A DNA stretch of 64,000 nucleotides from Candidatus Bathyarchaeota archaeon (GTDB lineage: Archaea > Thermoproteota > Bathyarchaeia > 40CM-2-53-6), in assembly GCA_963706285.1 (NCBI GenBank), contig CAVPLU010000004.1, positions 64,001 through 128,000 of the forward strand, in the 5' to 3' direction. The notes below the pieces were generated by a model. The model had not been told where the DNA came from, did no database searches, and saw only the letters and a program-made list of their open reading frames with translations. Within the stretch, counting starts at the first letter, position 1. Every line of letters begins with the position of its first letter. A program made the position numbers and the translations under genes. Positions 19,318 to 30,594 of this stretch are shown in pieces.

Positions 19318-21702
19318 ATGACTATGACGCTGAAATATCGACTGAGCGTTCTTGGATGGTACAATTTCGAGACCCTTGTTCTAACCATGCTCAAAGTAAT
19401 CATAGGTCCCGGGGTGACATCGTTTGGAGGCACGAAAGACGGGGGCCGAGATGCTTCTTTCGAGGGGACTGCTCTCTTCCCCAGTGACAGTGAAAATTGG
19501 CAAGGAAAGTGGATATTTCAAGTCAAGTATAGTGAGTTAGAAAGTATCGAATCTGAATCCGGAACCATGGTGTTGAGCACTCTGCGGAAGGAAATGAGCC
19601 GGATACTCGAGAATAACTCGCCAGACAATTACATCCTCATTACGAACTATAGGATTTCAGCTTCATTACGTGAGGATCTTTGCAATCTGGCACGTGAAGC
19701 AGGTCTTCAAGGAAGATTTCACTCAATAGATGGAAGAGAGGTATGCGAATTCCTTGACATACATCCTCAGCTTCGGCGTTCGTTTCCTGAACTGTTAGGC
19801 CTCGCTGATGTGGATCAAGTAATCAACAAAGAGCTTTACGTCAGGAGTCAAGCCTTCGTATCTGATTGGCAGCCTAGGCTTGTCACATTTGTAGCTGTGA
19901 GTCAATACTTCGTGGCTTTGGATATACTCAGGAACCACAACTTTGTGGTTATCGACGGTCCACCAGAAGTCGGGAAGTCCTTCATAGGAGCAGCGATAAC
20001 GCTGGTCTATGCGGCAGACGGGGTAGGATCTTCTTCATACGAACACCTCAAGAAATATTCCGTGTGTACGATGTCGCCCGAAAGCAGCTATATTTTGCTG
20101 ATGACGCAGTAGGGACCATAAATTTTGACCCAAGTCTGGGAGATTATTGGGGCAGAGACCTGCCCGGTATCCTGAACAAACTTTCCACACGACACAAATT
20201 GATATGGACTGTACGATCCTATATTCTGGAGGAAGCTATTGCTTCAACGAAAATTAGAGAAAACGTGGATCAATTCCCCGGTAGAGCACGAGGTGTTGGT
20301 TAGAGTCGATCATGATACTGCCATCGAGAAGGCGGTGATGTTAGAACCACGCTAAGCATTCAGGGCTATCCGACAATGCACGGGATTTTGTGAAGTACCG
20401 CCCAGAACTAATTTGCCTTCACCCGAGTTTCACGCCAGAGAGAGTACGACAAACGATTCAATTCCTGTCCACAGTACCCACCGAATCGATTAGTCCGATA
20501 TCTTATTCGAAACTAATGGGTCAAGTTGATCAGCTACTAAGCAACCCTGGTGAGAGGCTTCATAGGGCGTATGAAGCATTGGATTTCTCTCAGAAACAGA
20601 TGCTTCTCGCGATGCTCAGTATTGGATCTACGGTGTCTAAAGATGAGCTGAGAGTAGAATATGAGAAACGATTCTCTGCCCTTTGACAAGTGCCTTCGCC
20701 TTCTGGAGGACAGCTTCCTCAAGATCGTCAAAGTGTTCAGAGGGGAAGATGTGGCGGAGGTAGTGGCATTTCAACACCCCAGCATTAGAGATATGCTTCT
20801 CGAGGTTCTTCGAGGAGACGGAAATGTTAGGCGCCAGTATCTGTCGATGATTTCGGCTGAAGGCATTACTTCTTATTATTGAGGCAGTTCCAATGTTTGG
20901 GTCTAAGCTCGAAGATGCTCCGCATCGGATAATACTGAGTACAGAGGATGAGCTGGATCTCCTGTGCAAGCGCATTCGAGTCATCGTAATCGCGCCAATT
21001 CCTTTTAGTCATCTAGAAGGAATACTCGCAACGAGTGCCGTCCTGATACCGCAAGAAGGCAGTGCTACAGCGGCAGATTTGAAGACTAAGGCTTCTCGAA
21101 CCCGTGCTTCAGTAAGAGTGTTACAAGAGATTCTGTCTTCTGTATGCAGCCAAGCAGCTTATGACACCAAGACCGGGTACAGTCTACGTAACTGGATCTT
21201 CATACTGGATCGCATCTATAAGCTGTCGACCTCTCTCCCTTCACGTCCAAGACCATCGTATCTGAACATCTTGGTGGAAAGAGCGGCCTCAGCTCAATTG
21301 CCTGAAAGAGTCTCGTATTACAGAATGCTTCGACAATGCGACTTTGACGTATTCAAATCGGTCTATACAGAGGAAATTGATTATGCGCTACGCAGGTCCT
21401 TGACCGATGAAATAGAGGAATGCGTTGCTGCTTATCACGATCTTCCCGATCATTGCAGCGACGACAACGAACTTGAGGCATATTCGCGGTGGATTCTGGA
21501 CGCTAAGGGCATCCTTGAGGTCGCAGATGAGTATTTCATTTTCGGCTCACACGAGCTTACCGACATTGATGATTTGCAGTCTGGCTTGGAAATTATAGAA
21601 GAAAGAGTAAGCGACTACCAAAGAGAGACTTCGGAACCTCCGGAAGAAGAGTATGAAGAAGATGAAGACTGGACAATTAGCCAGATATTTGAGGATCTGT
21701 AG
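19318..21702 (+). CDS. Restriction-endonuclease-like domain fused to an nSTAND3-type P-loop NTPase; split by several indels
   Basis: FETLV...GTKDGGRDA...WIFQVKY (Mrr-like PD-QxK); GPPEVGKS Walker A; next frame QLYFADDAVG Walker B and KLIWTVRSYIL; five consecutive ORF fragments. Confidence 0.72.
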
Positions 21703-22042
21703 TCTGTCCCGTTTCGCCTCGGATAACATGAGTACCCATCCATCCGCCGCAATTGCGTTTGCTCTGGCAGCACATAAAAACGGGTCTACATCGTAATGGG
21801 TACATAGTGTATAACCTCTTACTCACCTCATAACCCACACCTGATCCCGCACAGTGTTTACAGAAATCTGGTCAAACAGACAAGGACTAGAAGCTAGAAC
21901 AACATACGGGCATTCTTGCTACTCCCCAATTCTCTTGATGACTAAGCGGGGATACGTATGTCTGGTATGTTCACCCTCACACACACGTTTGATCCCGTGC
22001 ATCATGTCGGAACGTCTCTGGCTGCCGGAAAAATCGAACTCC

Positions 22043-23077
22043 CTAGCCGAAGTAGCGGTCAAGGGTGGGTTTCGTTGTTGGATTCGCCAAACCCGCCTCC
22101 ATCTTCTCTAGCGCTTTTCTGACGCGGTCTTCGCTGAAATCCCGTTCTTTGCAGAGAAAATCCACTATCTCTTCGACATTCGGTTTCGTCCAGTTCAGTG
22201 TGTAGTCAGATCTTACGTCTGGTCTTAGGAAGAATTCCTTGATCCTGTTGACATTCTCAGGTAGATCAATGTCTGGAGTTCGATTCACAATTGTTGTTAT
22301 GTCGCCATACTCTCTGACCAATTTCAGTGCGGTCTTGGGTCCAACTCCCTTGACGCCATCTGGATTATAGTCTGTGCCAATTAGTATGCCAACGTCAACG
22401 AGTTGTTCGCGTGTCAGACCGAGATCGGTGAGCGTCTCAGCGAGTTCGATCATTTCGGGTTCGATCTCTACGTATGCTTGCCTGTTGGGTAGTTTTCTTT
22501 TTCCGGATATGGTGAGGTTCTTCACCATGCGTGGTGCTCCGAATAGGAGCGAGTCATGGTCTTGGGATGCTGCTGCCCAAACATCGCCTTTCATAGCCAT
22601 GTAGGCTGCTTGTGCTTCGCCTTCTGAAGGCGCTTGCACCCATGGAATACCGAGGCCTTTGAGTAGTCTCTTCGAGTCCTCGATCATCAATTCCTTTACC
22701 GTTGCGGTGGCCTGAGCGTACTTTCTCGCATCCTCCATGCTTCCGGCTTTGATTGCCGCCTCGTACTTGACGGTCGCCTCTTCTCTGACCTTACGTCGGC
22801 GTTTGATCTCCATCTCTTTCATTTCGGGCGGCTGACCGTCGAAGACGTAGACGAGTTGAATTCCTTTCTCGCCCAGGTTCGCTGTTCTATACAGTATACC
22901 GCTGAGGTGGCTCGTGATTCTGCCTTGTCTATCCTTCAGTGGTGTGCCGTCAGGTTGCCTGATAATCGCAAGGAACTGGTACAGTGTATTGTATGCGTCA
23001 ACGGCTAGGCTCTTGCCTGATAGGTCGTCTAAGAGTATCTTGCGTTTATGCAAGACTTCGCCTAGGTCTACTCCCAA
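22043..23077 (-). CDS. fen: Flap endonuclease 1
   Basis: MGVDL, DAYNTLYQFL, APSEGEAQAA, GTDYNPDG, C-terminal PIP-like TLDRYF. Confidence 0.98.
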   Translation of the reverse strand: MGVDLGEVLHKRKILLDDLSGKSLAVDAYNTLYQFLAIIRQPDGTPLKDRQGRITSHLSGILYRTANLGEKGIQLVYVFDGQPPEMKEMEIKRRRKVREEATVKYEAAIKAGSMEDARKYAQATATVKELMIEDSKRLLKGLGIPWVQAPSEGEAQAAYMAMKGDVWAAASQDHDSLLFGAPRMVKNLTISGKRKLPNRQAYVEIEPEMIELAETLTDLGLTREQLVDVGILIGTDYNPDGVKGVGPKTALKLVREYGDITTIVNRTPDIDLPENVNRIKEFFLRPDVRSDYTLNWTKPNVEEIVDFLCKERDFSEDRVRKALEKMEAGLANPTTKPTLDRYFG

Positions 23078-23231
23078 AGCAGCGGCCTCATTCTGTGTCT
23101 CTGTGGAACTTCGTAAAGGCTATTGCGAGTGTACAGGGTGAACGTTTGAGTCAATTTCATTCGTCTCTCTCACCCTAATATAGCCTCCAACATCATGAAT
23201 ATTTCATCAGGATCATCAAGGCTGCATCTCT

Positions 23232-24555
23232 TTGAGTTCCGAACTCGTCTGGGTCAATGATTTTCTCTCAAACGGGATAGGCCGAGAGCCCGACGCCCTC
23301 AAAGATCTTCGTGTAGTTCGTGGTCCATCAGCAGATCTCTGTGTACGCTGTAGGGGCGGGCGAATGCTCTGTGGCAAGATCTCTTGCCCTCTCCTGACCA
23401 AGGCGAGAGCAATAGCAACCGTCGGCAGTCTCATTTCCTCTGAACAAATAGACGGCTCTACGCCGCCAGGAGTCTTCGTGGGCAGATTCGGGTATCCTCG
23501 CGTGTCTGTTGGTCCTCTGATACCGCCCTACCATGGAGACACGACAATCTACGATGCGCCTGAGCTTTGGCTTGGCAAGTCCATACAAGAAATAGTCGAC
23601 TTGCGATACTCGCTCGTTAGGGGAAAGACTCGCGTCAGCATCTTCGACGCACAGGAACCCTACGGGATAGTGGATCGACTCCAAGAGCTCACTTTGAGCG
23701 CGGCGCCCGCAGAGTCAGAGGCTAAGTTCGCAAAGAAACCTGGAGGCCCTCTGACATTAAGTGATGAGATACAGCCGTTCGGTCCCTCAGCCCCGCTGAA
23801 GAGTTTTCAGGCTTGGGGAGTCAAAGCGGATAGACGAGTTGAGAAGGCATACTATGATCGGGATCTGAACGCCTCTGACGCCATACTCACTCTGCATGAA
23901 GATGGAGTCCAAGTCACACGAATACAAAGAGCCCTCAGCATGGGCATGTTCGGAGTTGGATCGAGAAGGAAACTTGTCCCAACTCGCTGGAGCATAACCG
24001 CCGTCGATAGTACAATCTCAGAACGATTGCTCGATGAAATCAAACATTCACCCACAATCGACGATTTTCGTGTCCACACCTACAATTACATCGATAACCG
24101 GTACATCGTGATGCTCATGCCCGAGAAATGGCATTACGAGTCGATAGAAGCTTGGTTCCCTGGCACCGCTTGGAATGAGGGCGGAGAATATCCGGCGATG
24201 ATGGGTGATCATGAAGAGTATCAGGGAAGGACAACGTATGCGAGCATCGGCGGCTGCTACTATGCATGTCGGCTCGCAATCGCAGAGCATCTCCTCAGAG
24301 AAAGAAGACAGAGCTCAGCTTTGGTGTTGAGAGAAATTCATTCCGGATATATCCTGCCGGTTGGAGTCTGGAATGTGCGGGAGAGCATACGGGCTGCGCT
24401 TGACCCGAAGTCCAGCACGATTCGACAATTTCAACTCGGCTCTAGAATTTGGATTGTCTAAGTTGAGTATTCCACGCAAGGCATGGCTGCAGAGCAGCCA
24501 CATGCTACGAGAGGCTTTCTTCCAGAGAAAAATCAACAGCTACTTCGGCATGTAA
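23232..24555 (+). CDS. nreA: DNA repair protein NreA (indel near 24400)
   Basis: CVRCRG..LCG...CP, FVGRFGYP, LVPTRWSITAVD, PVGVWNVRE; shifted frame ends in PIP box QRKINSYF. Confidence 0.92.
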
Positions 24556-24577
24556 CATTCCGCAGCGCTGGGATGCG

Positions 24578-24988
24578 TTAGTCGCCTAGTCCTTTGAGTG
24601 CTTCTTCTTCAACCGGTCGCTGGTATGTCCTGGCGTATCCCTCTCTCAGCGCACCTACTGTGCTCAAGTTTACTATCGTGTTTGTGCTAGCTTCGCCGCT
24701 GAGTTTTCCAAGGTCGCCTTTGAACTCTCTCCACTTCAGGTGAGTGTTTCCGCTCTTCGAGTTGTAGATGATGCCGAGAACATTTGAGACTCGCATGAAT
24801 CTTATCTCTCTAATCTGTTCGAGGGTCTCTTTGTCCTCAGCCTCTACGTACATGGTTCCGTGTTCTGAGGCCCTTTCAGGGAAGACGCTCTCGTCGTTGA
24901 CAAACTGGTCGGGAATGAAAGAGTCACAGGTGCTTACAATCATGAACCGTCTAAAGCTGCTCAGATCGCAGACGGTGTCAATCTTCAA
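24578..24988 (-). CDS. Conserved hypothetical protein
   Basis: Clean 136-aa ORF filling the gap; globular composition (FPER...MYVEAEDK...GIIYNSKSG). Confidence 0.7.
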   Translation of the reverse strand: MKIDTVCDLSSFRRFMIVSTCDSFIPDQFVNDESVFPERASEHGTMYVEAEDKETLEQIREIRFMRVSNVLGIIYNSKSGNTHLKWREFKGDLGKLSGEASTNTIVNLSTVGALREGYARTYQRPVEEEALKGLGD

Positions 24989-25197
24989 GTGCGTAGCTCA
25001 CTCTCTTGCGGGCGTTGGTTACGGCGACTAGAAGTAGGCACGGGCGAGCGGGTGAGATATGCCTGTCGGTCCCATGGATTCGCCTCGTTTTCGAGCAGTT
25101 GGTTGAGATTGACGTTTCCGGTGGGCGGATCGGCCGAGCGGGGTCCCGAGCAACGGATAAATAAACGGCGGCTGGTGCCCTGTAGGAAAAGAAGGCG

Positions 25198-25389
25198 TTG
25201 GAACTGAGCGAAACCAAAACGGTACGAATGCCAACCTGTACATGGTGTTCGAGAACCATAATGCCTGGAGAAGGCGCGGTACGTTTTCCCTGTCCGAACT
25301 GTGGCGAAGTCACTATGTGGCGCTGCGAGAAGTGCAGGACTTTCGGTAGACCATACAAGTGTGCAAAGTGCGGATTCACAGGGCCATAG
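25198..25389 (+). CDS. Small zinc-finger protein, DUF1610 / HVO_2753 family
   Basis: Four CxxC motifs ending CGFTGP; conserved position upstream of aEF1-beta. Confidence 0.92.
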   Translation: MELSETKTVRMPTCTWCSRTIMPGEGAVRFPCPNCGEVTMWRCEKCRTFGRPYKCAKCGFTGP

Positions 25390-25403
25390 AGTAGTGACTG
25401 TGC

Positions 25404-25670
25404 TTGGCTAAGGTAATTGCACAGATCAAGATCTTCCCAACCGAGACTACGGTGGACCTTGTGGAACTTAGGAAGAAAGTGGAGGCTGGGTTGCCGGCAG
25501 GAACGTCGGTTGCGCGGTTCGATGAGGAGCCCATAGCTTTTGGGCTCGTTGCCTTGGTTGCAAGGGTCGCAATGCCTGAGCAAGAGGGACAAATGGATAA
25601 GGTTGAAGAGGCCTTGAAGTCCGTGGAGAATGTGGGTGAGATTCAGGTCGTCAATGTTTGGCGGACCTGA
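25404..25670 (+). CDS. ef1b: Translation elongation factor aEF-1 beta
   Basis: KIFP, EEPIAFGLVAL. Confidence 0.95.
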   Translation: MAKVIAQIKIFPTETTVDLVELRKKVEAGLPAGTSVARFDEEPIAFGLVALVARVAMPEQEGQMDKVEEALKSVENVGEIQVVNVWRT

Positions 25671-25795
25671 ATTCTGTTACTATAAGTAACACTTATATTC
25701 ATGTCCCGTTACCTGTAGTAACAGATTCCGCGAGCCCCGGCCGCGTTCGAAAGCTGGGCCCGCAAACACGATCAAGATCAAAGGAATGAAGAAAC

Positions 25796-27976
25796 GTGGT
25801 AGGAAAAGACACTCAGTTGAGAGTCGCCGACGCAAGACAAAGAGACGTCGGCCATGGCAAAGTTAGGATAGACAACGAAACAATGCAGAAACTCGGAATC
25901 ACTGCCGGTGATTTCGTTGAAGTCCAAGGCAAGAAGATGACAGTCGCAGTCGCATGGCCCGCATACGCAGAAGATCAGGGCGAAGAGATCGTACGAATGG
26001 ACGGTCTGATCAGAAGAAACGCGGGCGTAGCGCTGAACGAGTATGTCGCGCTCAAGAAAGCCGACGTGAAAGATGCACAAGCGATAATTTTCGCGCCGAC
26101 CGACGTAAGACTAAGTGTCGATGAAGAATTCGTCAGTTTCGTGAAACGAAGATTCATGGACATGCCATTCGTTGAAGGCGACATGACTCTCCTCTCCATC
26201 TTTGGAAGCGCGGTCCCACTTGTGGTCACTCGAACCAGACCGCACGGTCCAATCAAGATACTCGAAACCAGTACCGTGCAGGTTCTCAGTGAGCCGACAC
26301 CAGAGAAGAAAGGCATCTCGATGATCACCTACGAAGACATCGGTGGCCTTCACGAAGAGATACAACGTATCAGAGAGATGGTTGAGCTTCCTCTTCGACA
26401 TCCAGAACTATTCCAGAGACTCGGCATCGAACCACCCAGAGGAGTCTTTCTCTACGGTCCTCCTGGATGCGGTAAGACACTATTGGCGAAGGCTGTCGCG
26501 AACGAGTCCGATGCAAACTTCTACGTGATTTCTGGACCAGAGATAATGTCCAAGTTCTACGGCGAATCTGAAGCCAGACTCCGAGAGATCTTCCAGAAGG
26601 CACACGAGACTGCACCGAGCATAGTATTCATCGATGAGATGGACGCGATCGCACCGAAACGCGAAGAAGTCACGGGCGAGGTTGAACGACGCGTTGTTGC
26701 ACAACTTCTCTCACTCATGGACGGAATGGGAACGAGAGGCAACATCATCGTCATCGGTGCAACGAACCGACCCAGCGCGATAGATCCAGCACTTAGACGT
26801 CCTGGAAGGTTCGATCGTGAGATAGAGATCGGTGTCCCGGACAAGAAAGGCCGCAACGAAATCGTCCAGATACACACGAGGAACATGCCGCTCGCCGAAG
26901 ATGTTGACATCAAACGTCTTTCAGACATCACACACGGGTACACGGGAGCTGACATCTCTGCGCTCTCAAGGGAAGCTGCGATGAAAGCATTGAGGCGCTA
27001 CATGCCTGAGATAAACCTCGAAGAGGAACGAGTTCCACCCGAAATACTGGACAAGATGGTTGTAAAGGAGGACGATTTCCTCTCCGCATACACAGAAATC
27101 ACCCCCACTGCGATGAGAGAAGTATACGTCGAAGTCCCATCGGTGCATTGGAAAGAAGTTGGCGGGCTTGAGGAAATCAAGAACGAGCTAATCCAATCAG
27201 TCGAATGGCCTCTGAAGAAGCCAGAAGTCTTCAAGAGGATGGGCATCAAGCCTCCAAGAGGCATACTGCTCTATGGTCCTCCAGGATGCGGCAAGACTCT
27301 GCTTGCAAGAGCTGTGGCAACAGAAAGCGAGGCGAACTTCATCTCAGTCAAGGGGCCTGAAATCTTCTCCAAGTGGGTTGGAGAATCTGAGAAGGCAATC
27401 AGAGAGGTGTTTAGGAAGGCAAGGACCGCAGCGCCTGCAATAATCTTCTTCGATGAACTCGACTCGATAATTCCGAGAAGAGGAGCTGGCTATTCGGACT
27501 CTGGAGCCAGCGAGAGAGTGATCAGTCAACTTCTCACAGAAATGGACGGTATAGAAGCGCTCCAGAACGTCGTCGTGATCGGTGCAACCAATCGGCCCGA
27601 CATTCTCGATCCCGCGGTCATGCGGCCAGGCAGGTTCGATCGGTTGATCGACGTGCCTGCACCTGACTCGAAGGCGCTCATGCAGATCTTCAAGATCCAT
27701 GCGCAAAGTATGCCTCTCTCAGCAGATGTGGATCTACAAGAGGTCGCCGTGAAGGCAAAAGGGTACTCGGGCGCAGATGTTGAGGCTCTCTGCAGGGAAG
27801 CAGCCATGAACGCACTTCGTGAGAGTATTGATGCCAAGGAAGTTACGCGTAAAGACTTCGACAAAGCAATGGAGACAGTCAGCCCCAGCATCAACCCAAA
27901 GATGGAAGATTACTACTCGCAGTTCCACGAACGTTCCAGAAAGGAACGGGCCACTCCGCCTGCAATAATATCGTAG
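25796..27976 (+). CDS. cdc48: Cdc48/VCP/VAT AAA+ ATPase
   Basis: N domain plus two AAA modules (GPPGCGKT twice, RPGRFDR twice). Confidence 0.98.
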   Translation: MVGKDTQLRVADARQRDVGHGKVRIDNETMQKLGITAGDFVEVQGKKMTVAVAWPAYAEDQGEEIVRMDGLIRRNAGVALNEYVALKKADVKDAQAIIFAPTDVRLSVDEEFVSFVKRRFMDMPFVEGDMTLLSIFGSAVPLVVTRTRPHGPIKILETSTVQVLSEPTPEKKGISMITYEDIGGLHEEIQRIREMVELPLRHPELFQRLGIEPPRGVFLYGPPGCGKTLLAKAVANESDANFYVISGPEIMSKFYGESEARLREIFQKAHETAPSIVFIDEMDAIAPKREEVTGEVERRVVAQLLSLMDGMGTRGNIIVIGATNRPSAIDPALRRPGRFDREIEIGVPDKKGRNEIVQIHTRNMPLAEDVDIKRLSDITHGYTGADISALSREAAMKALRRYMPEINLEEERVPPEILDKMVVKEDDFLSAYTEITPTAMREVYVEVPSVHWKEVGGLEEIKNELIQSVEWPLKKPEVFKRMGIKPPRGILLYGPPGCGKTLLARAVATESEANFISVKGPEIFSKWVGESEKAIREVFRKARTAAPAIIFFDELDSIIPRRGAGYSDSGASERVISQLLTEMDGIEALQNVVVIGATNRPDILDPAVMRPGRFDRLIDVPAPDSKALMQIFKIHAQSMPLSADVDLQEVAVKAKGYSGADVEALCREAAMNALRESIDAKEVTRKDFDKAMETVSPSINPKMEDYYSQFHERSRKERATPPAIIS

Positions 27977-27995
27977 GAAAATGTAGGAGAATTCT

Positions 27996-28232
27996 ATGAA
28001 CAAGGTCTGGGGGCCCCGTCCCCTCAACTTGGCTGTCGTTGAGACACTCCAGCGCAAAGGTCCCCTCACCGACGGTGATCTGCTAGATCAAGTCAAGGAG
28101 AGCTACGGAGACATCAGCTTCCGGGAACTTAACAGCGTCCTCCTTAAACTCGAAATCAACGGTATCCTGTATGTCTCACGTCTAATGAAAGGAAAGAGAC
28201 GAGTAGAACTCGTTGCACCTAGGCAGGCATAG
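27996..28232 (+). CDS. Small winged-helix-like protein downstream of cdc48
   Basis: LTDGDL...ELNSVLLKLEINGILYV pattern. Confidence 0.75.
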   Translation: MNKVWGPRPLNLAVVETLQRKGPLTDGDLLDQVKESYGDISFRELNSVLLKLEINGILYVSRLMKGKRRVELVAPRQA

Positions 28233-28345
28233 TCCCGCATTCCATGCGTATTCGCGAGCCCTATCTATCACAATCAGTCTCGGTACGAACATCCGGCTTC
28301 AAGCTCTAAGCTAAGAGATGTTGCCAACCGAGGCATGCATATTCC

Positions 28346-29587
28346 ATGGGTTTGGATGCTGACATCATTGTAGTCGGCTGTGGAGTAGCCGGTGCCACAG
28401 CTGCGGAAACTGCCGCCTCCTTGGGATCGAAGGTTCTCCTCCTAGAAGAGCACGATCGAATCGGTGTCCCGTCACACTGCTCAGGCCACGTTGGAATCAA
28501 CAGCATGAAACGCCTAGGTGTTTCACTGCCAAAGCAAGTCATCAAGAATCAGATCCGTGGCGCGATCTTCCATTCGCCATTAGACCAAGTTCTCCAACTC
28601 GAGCGTCAGAGCCCAATCACGTGGGTGCTTGATCGCGGAGCATTCGACGAATATATGACAAACAGAGCACAAGAAGCAGGAGCACAAATCCAGCTCAATA
28701 CACGCGCGATCTCGATCCAAACCCCTACTGACAATCAGGTCCAACTACGAGTTACAACTGATTCCAAATCACACACACTCAATTCCCAACTCGTTGTAGA
28801 CTGTGAAGGTGCGTCGCCTGCACTTGCTCCTCCTCGGGCCATGAGCGAACGCCGCAGATCGATGTGGGTGAACTCTGCTCAAGTCCACGTAGATCATGTG
28901 GAGAATTTGAGCCAGGATATGGTGGAAGTGTTCCTTGGATCTGCTTATGCGCCGGGATTCTTTGCGTGGATAATCCCTTGGCAAGATGGATCGGCAAAGA
29001 TCGGGCTCGCAGCTCGGGAGGGCAATCCGCGGCTCTTTCTCGAGAGATTCATGACGAAACACCCTGTTGTTTCTCAGAGACTAAAAGGCGCCAAGCGGCG
29101 TGATGTCTCTTTTCATCCCATACCATTGGGTGGACCAATTCGGAAGACGTACTATCCGAACATGTTGATCGCGGGAGATTCAGCGCAACAGGTGAAGCCG
29201 ACAACCGGTGGAGGAGTCGTGTTTAGCCTCATCTGCGGAAAAATCGCTGGAGAAATCGCACACGACGCGTGCACATCCAAGCACCTCTCAGAAGCCTTCC
29301 TCTCCGGGTATGAGAAGCGATGGAAGAGCGAGATAGGTCGTGATCTCGACGCAATGCGGCACATCCGGAGGATGCTATTCAAGCTACCAGACCGTCGAGT
29401 TGAGAAAATATTCTCGATCGCCCGAAGATTTGACGTTGAGACTGTCCTGAACAGAGCAGACGACATTGACATGCAAGGCAGAACTTTGGCTAAGCTGGGA
29501 CTTGATCCGCGTTTGACGATAAGCTTGCTCTGTTCCTCAATCCTCTCGCTGCCATTCATCGTCGACTCCAATAAGACCGAGGCTTGA
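28346..29587 (+). CDS. Geranylgeranyl reductase family FAD-dependent oxidoreductase
   Basis: VVGCGVAG, IGVPSHCSG, APGFFAWIIP, GDSAQQVKPTTGGG. Confidence 0.9.
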   Translation: MGLDADIIVVGCGVAGATAAETAASLGSKVLLLEEHDRIGVPSHCSGHVGINSMKRLGVSLPKQVIKNQIRGAIFHSPLDQVLQLERQSPITWVLDRGAFDEYMTNRAQEAGAQIQLNTRAISIQTPTDNQVQLRVTTDSKSHTLNSQLVVDCEGASPALAPPRAMSERRRSMWVNSAQVHVDHVENLSQDMVEVFLGSAYAPGFFAWIIPWQDGSAKIGLAAREGNPRLFLERFMTKHPVVSQRLKGAKRRDVSFHPIPLGGPIRKTYYPNMLIAGDSAQQVKPTTGGGVVFSLICGKIAGEIAHDACTSKHLSEAFLSGYEKRWKSEIGRDLDAMRHIRRMLFKLPDRRVEKIFSIARRFDVETVLNRADDIDMQGRTLAKLGLDPRLTISLLCSSILSLPFIVDSNKTEA

Positions 29588-29609
29588 CTCAGCGTGTTCG
29601 GTCTGCGGG

Positions 29610-30575
29610 TCAGATTTCTATCGGTCTTCCTGCATCCGTCCACTCGATCAAGTCGTCCGGAAAGGGGCTGAAGAGTGTTTGGTTCAGCAAGTACTGGTTC
29701 TGAAACCTAACCGCCCACGCCTTAAGCAATCTCACGGCTGACGTGAATGGTACTCTTTCGTCCCTGTAGAGTTCCAGCGTTTCTAGGAAGAATTGTCGTT
29801 CGTTCTTTGAGAGTTCTTTGGAGAAGTAGCCTAGGATGTGCATGAGAACGTTAATGTTAGATGAGCGCTTAGGCGGATTCTCGAGACTCTTCTGGAGGTG
29901 AATCTCATATTCTTGGATGATTTCTCCCAAGGGCCTTTTCTTGGGGTTCGCAACCACGTTTCCAAGCAGCCGCATCTCTCTCTGGTTGTATGCCATCAGC
30001 ATGAATTTGTTCTCTGTATGGAAGCGGACTAGGTCACGCATCGCACTAGATTCCTTCACTGTCCGGAATCGCGCGAGAGTGAAGAGCTTCGTAAGATAGT
30101 GTTCGCGTATCTTCAGACTTCTTAGCCTGCCCTCATCTTCGATGGCGAGGCCTGGGAAGTGTTTGAGTATCTTAGCTCCGAAGAATCCGGGGCCTTTTCC
30201 GGTTGCGGGGGATTTCTCGCTTTTTGCATATATCCGTACGTCTTTGAATCCACATGACGGTGATCGGAATTTCAGAATGAAACCGTCCACCTTTTTCAGA
30301 GACATGAGAAACTTGTCTGAGAATTCGTTCATATCATCTGTCACGTCTTTGCTGGTTGCAGGCTGGATGAGTCTCAGCTTGTTCGTGGAAACGATTCTTA
30401 TGGGAAAACGGGGAGTTCCGAGACCTATCGCGACTTCCGGACAGACTGGGACATAATCGACGTGCTTCTCTAGTCTCCTGACGAAGGCATCTCGTATCAT
30501 TTGACCATTGTATCTGCATGCCTCAAATTCCAAGCATTTGCTCACGACGACGGTCGGTTTCGAGTGCGAGTCCAT
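29610..30575 (-). CDS. DUF523 (TudS) + DUF1722 fusion protein, YbgA/RudS-like
   Basis: SKCL...CRYNG, PVCPEV..GLGTPR, SPSCG, EDEGRL, FH..NK, NVLMHILGYF. Confidence 0.9.
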   Translation of the reverse strand: MDSHSKPTVVVSKCLEFEACRYNGQMIRDAFVRRLEKHVDYVPVCPEVAIGLGTPRFPIRIVSTNKLRLIQPATSKDVTDDMNEFSDKFLMSLKKVDGFILKFRSPSCGFKDVRIYAKSEKSPATGKGPGFFGAKILKHFPGLAIEDEGRLRSLKIREHYLTKLFTLARFRTVKESSAMRDLVRFHTENKFMLMAYNQREMRLLGNVVANPKKRPLGEIIQEYEIHLQKSLENPPKRSSNINVLMHILGYFSKELSKNERQFFLETLELYRDERVPFTSAVRLLKAWAVRFQNQYLLNQTLFSPFPDDLIEWTDAGRPIEI

Positions 30576-30594
30576 CCTTCCACCTAGCTTGTGT

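Larger units (their letters stand above)
17163..22020. mobile_element. Relic genomic island with accessory and defence genes; no integrase seen
   Basis: Bounded by the tRNA fragment and fen; visibly more AT-rich; long intergenic gaps; nuclease and STAND NTPase cargo. Confidence 0.6.

Noticed and set aside
21826-21992. Resemblance of the CCTCA..ACCCACAC tracts to the tRNA-Val anticodon/intron at 53226-53243
   Set aside because: Short, gapped, low-complexity CA-rich match without any other tRNA arms.
24989-25197. GC-rich intergenic stretch as a possible SRP or RNase P RNA
   Set aside because: About 200 nt only, with no recognisable SRP helix 8 or RNase P P4 motifs; consistent with a divergent promoter region.
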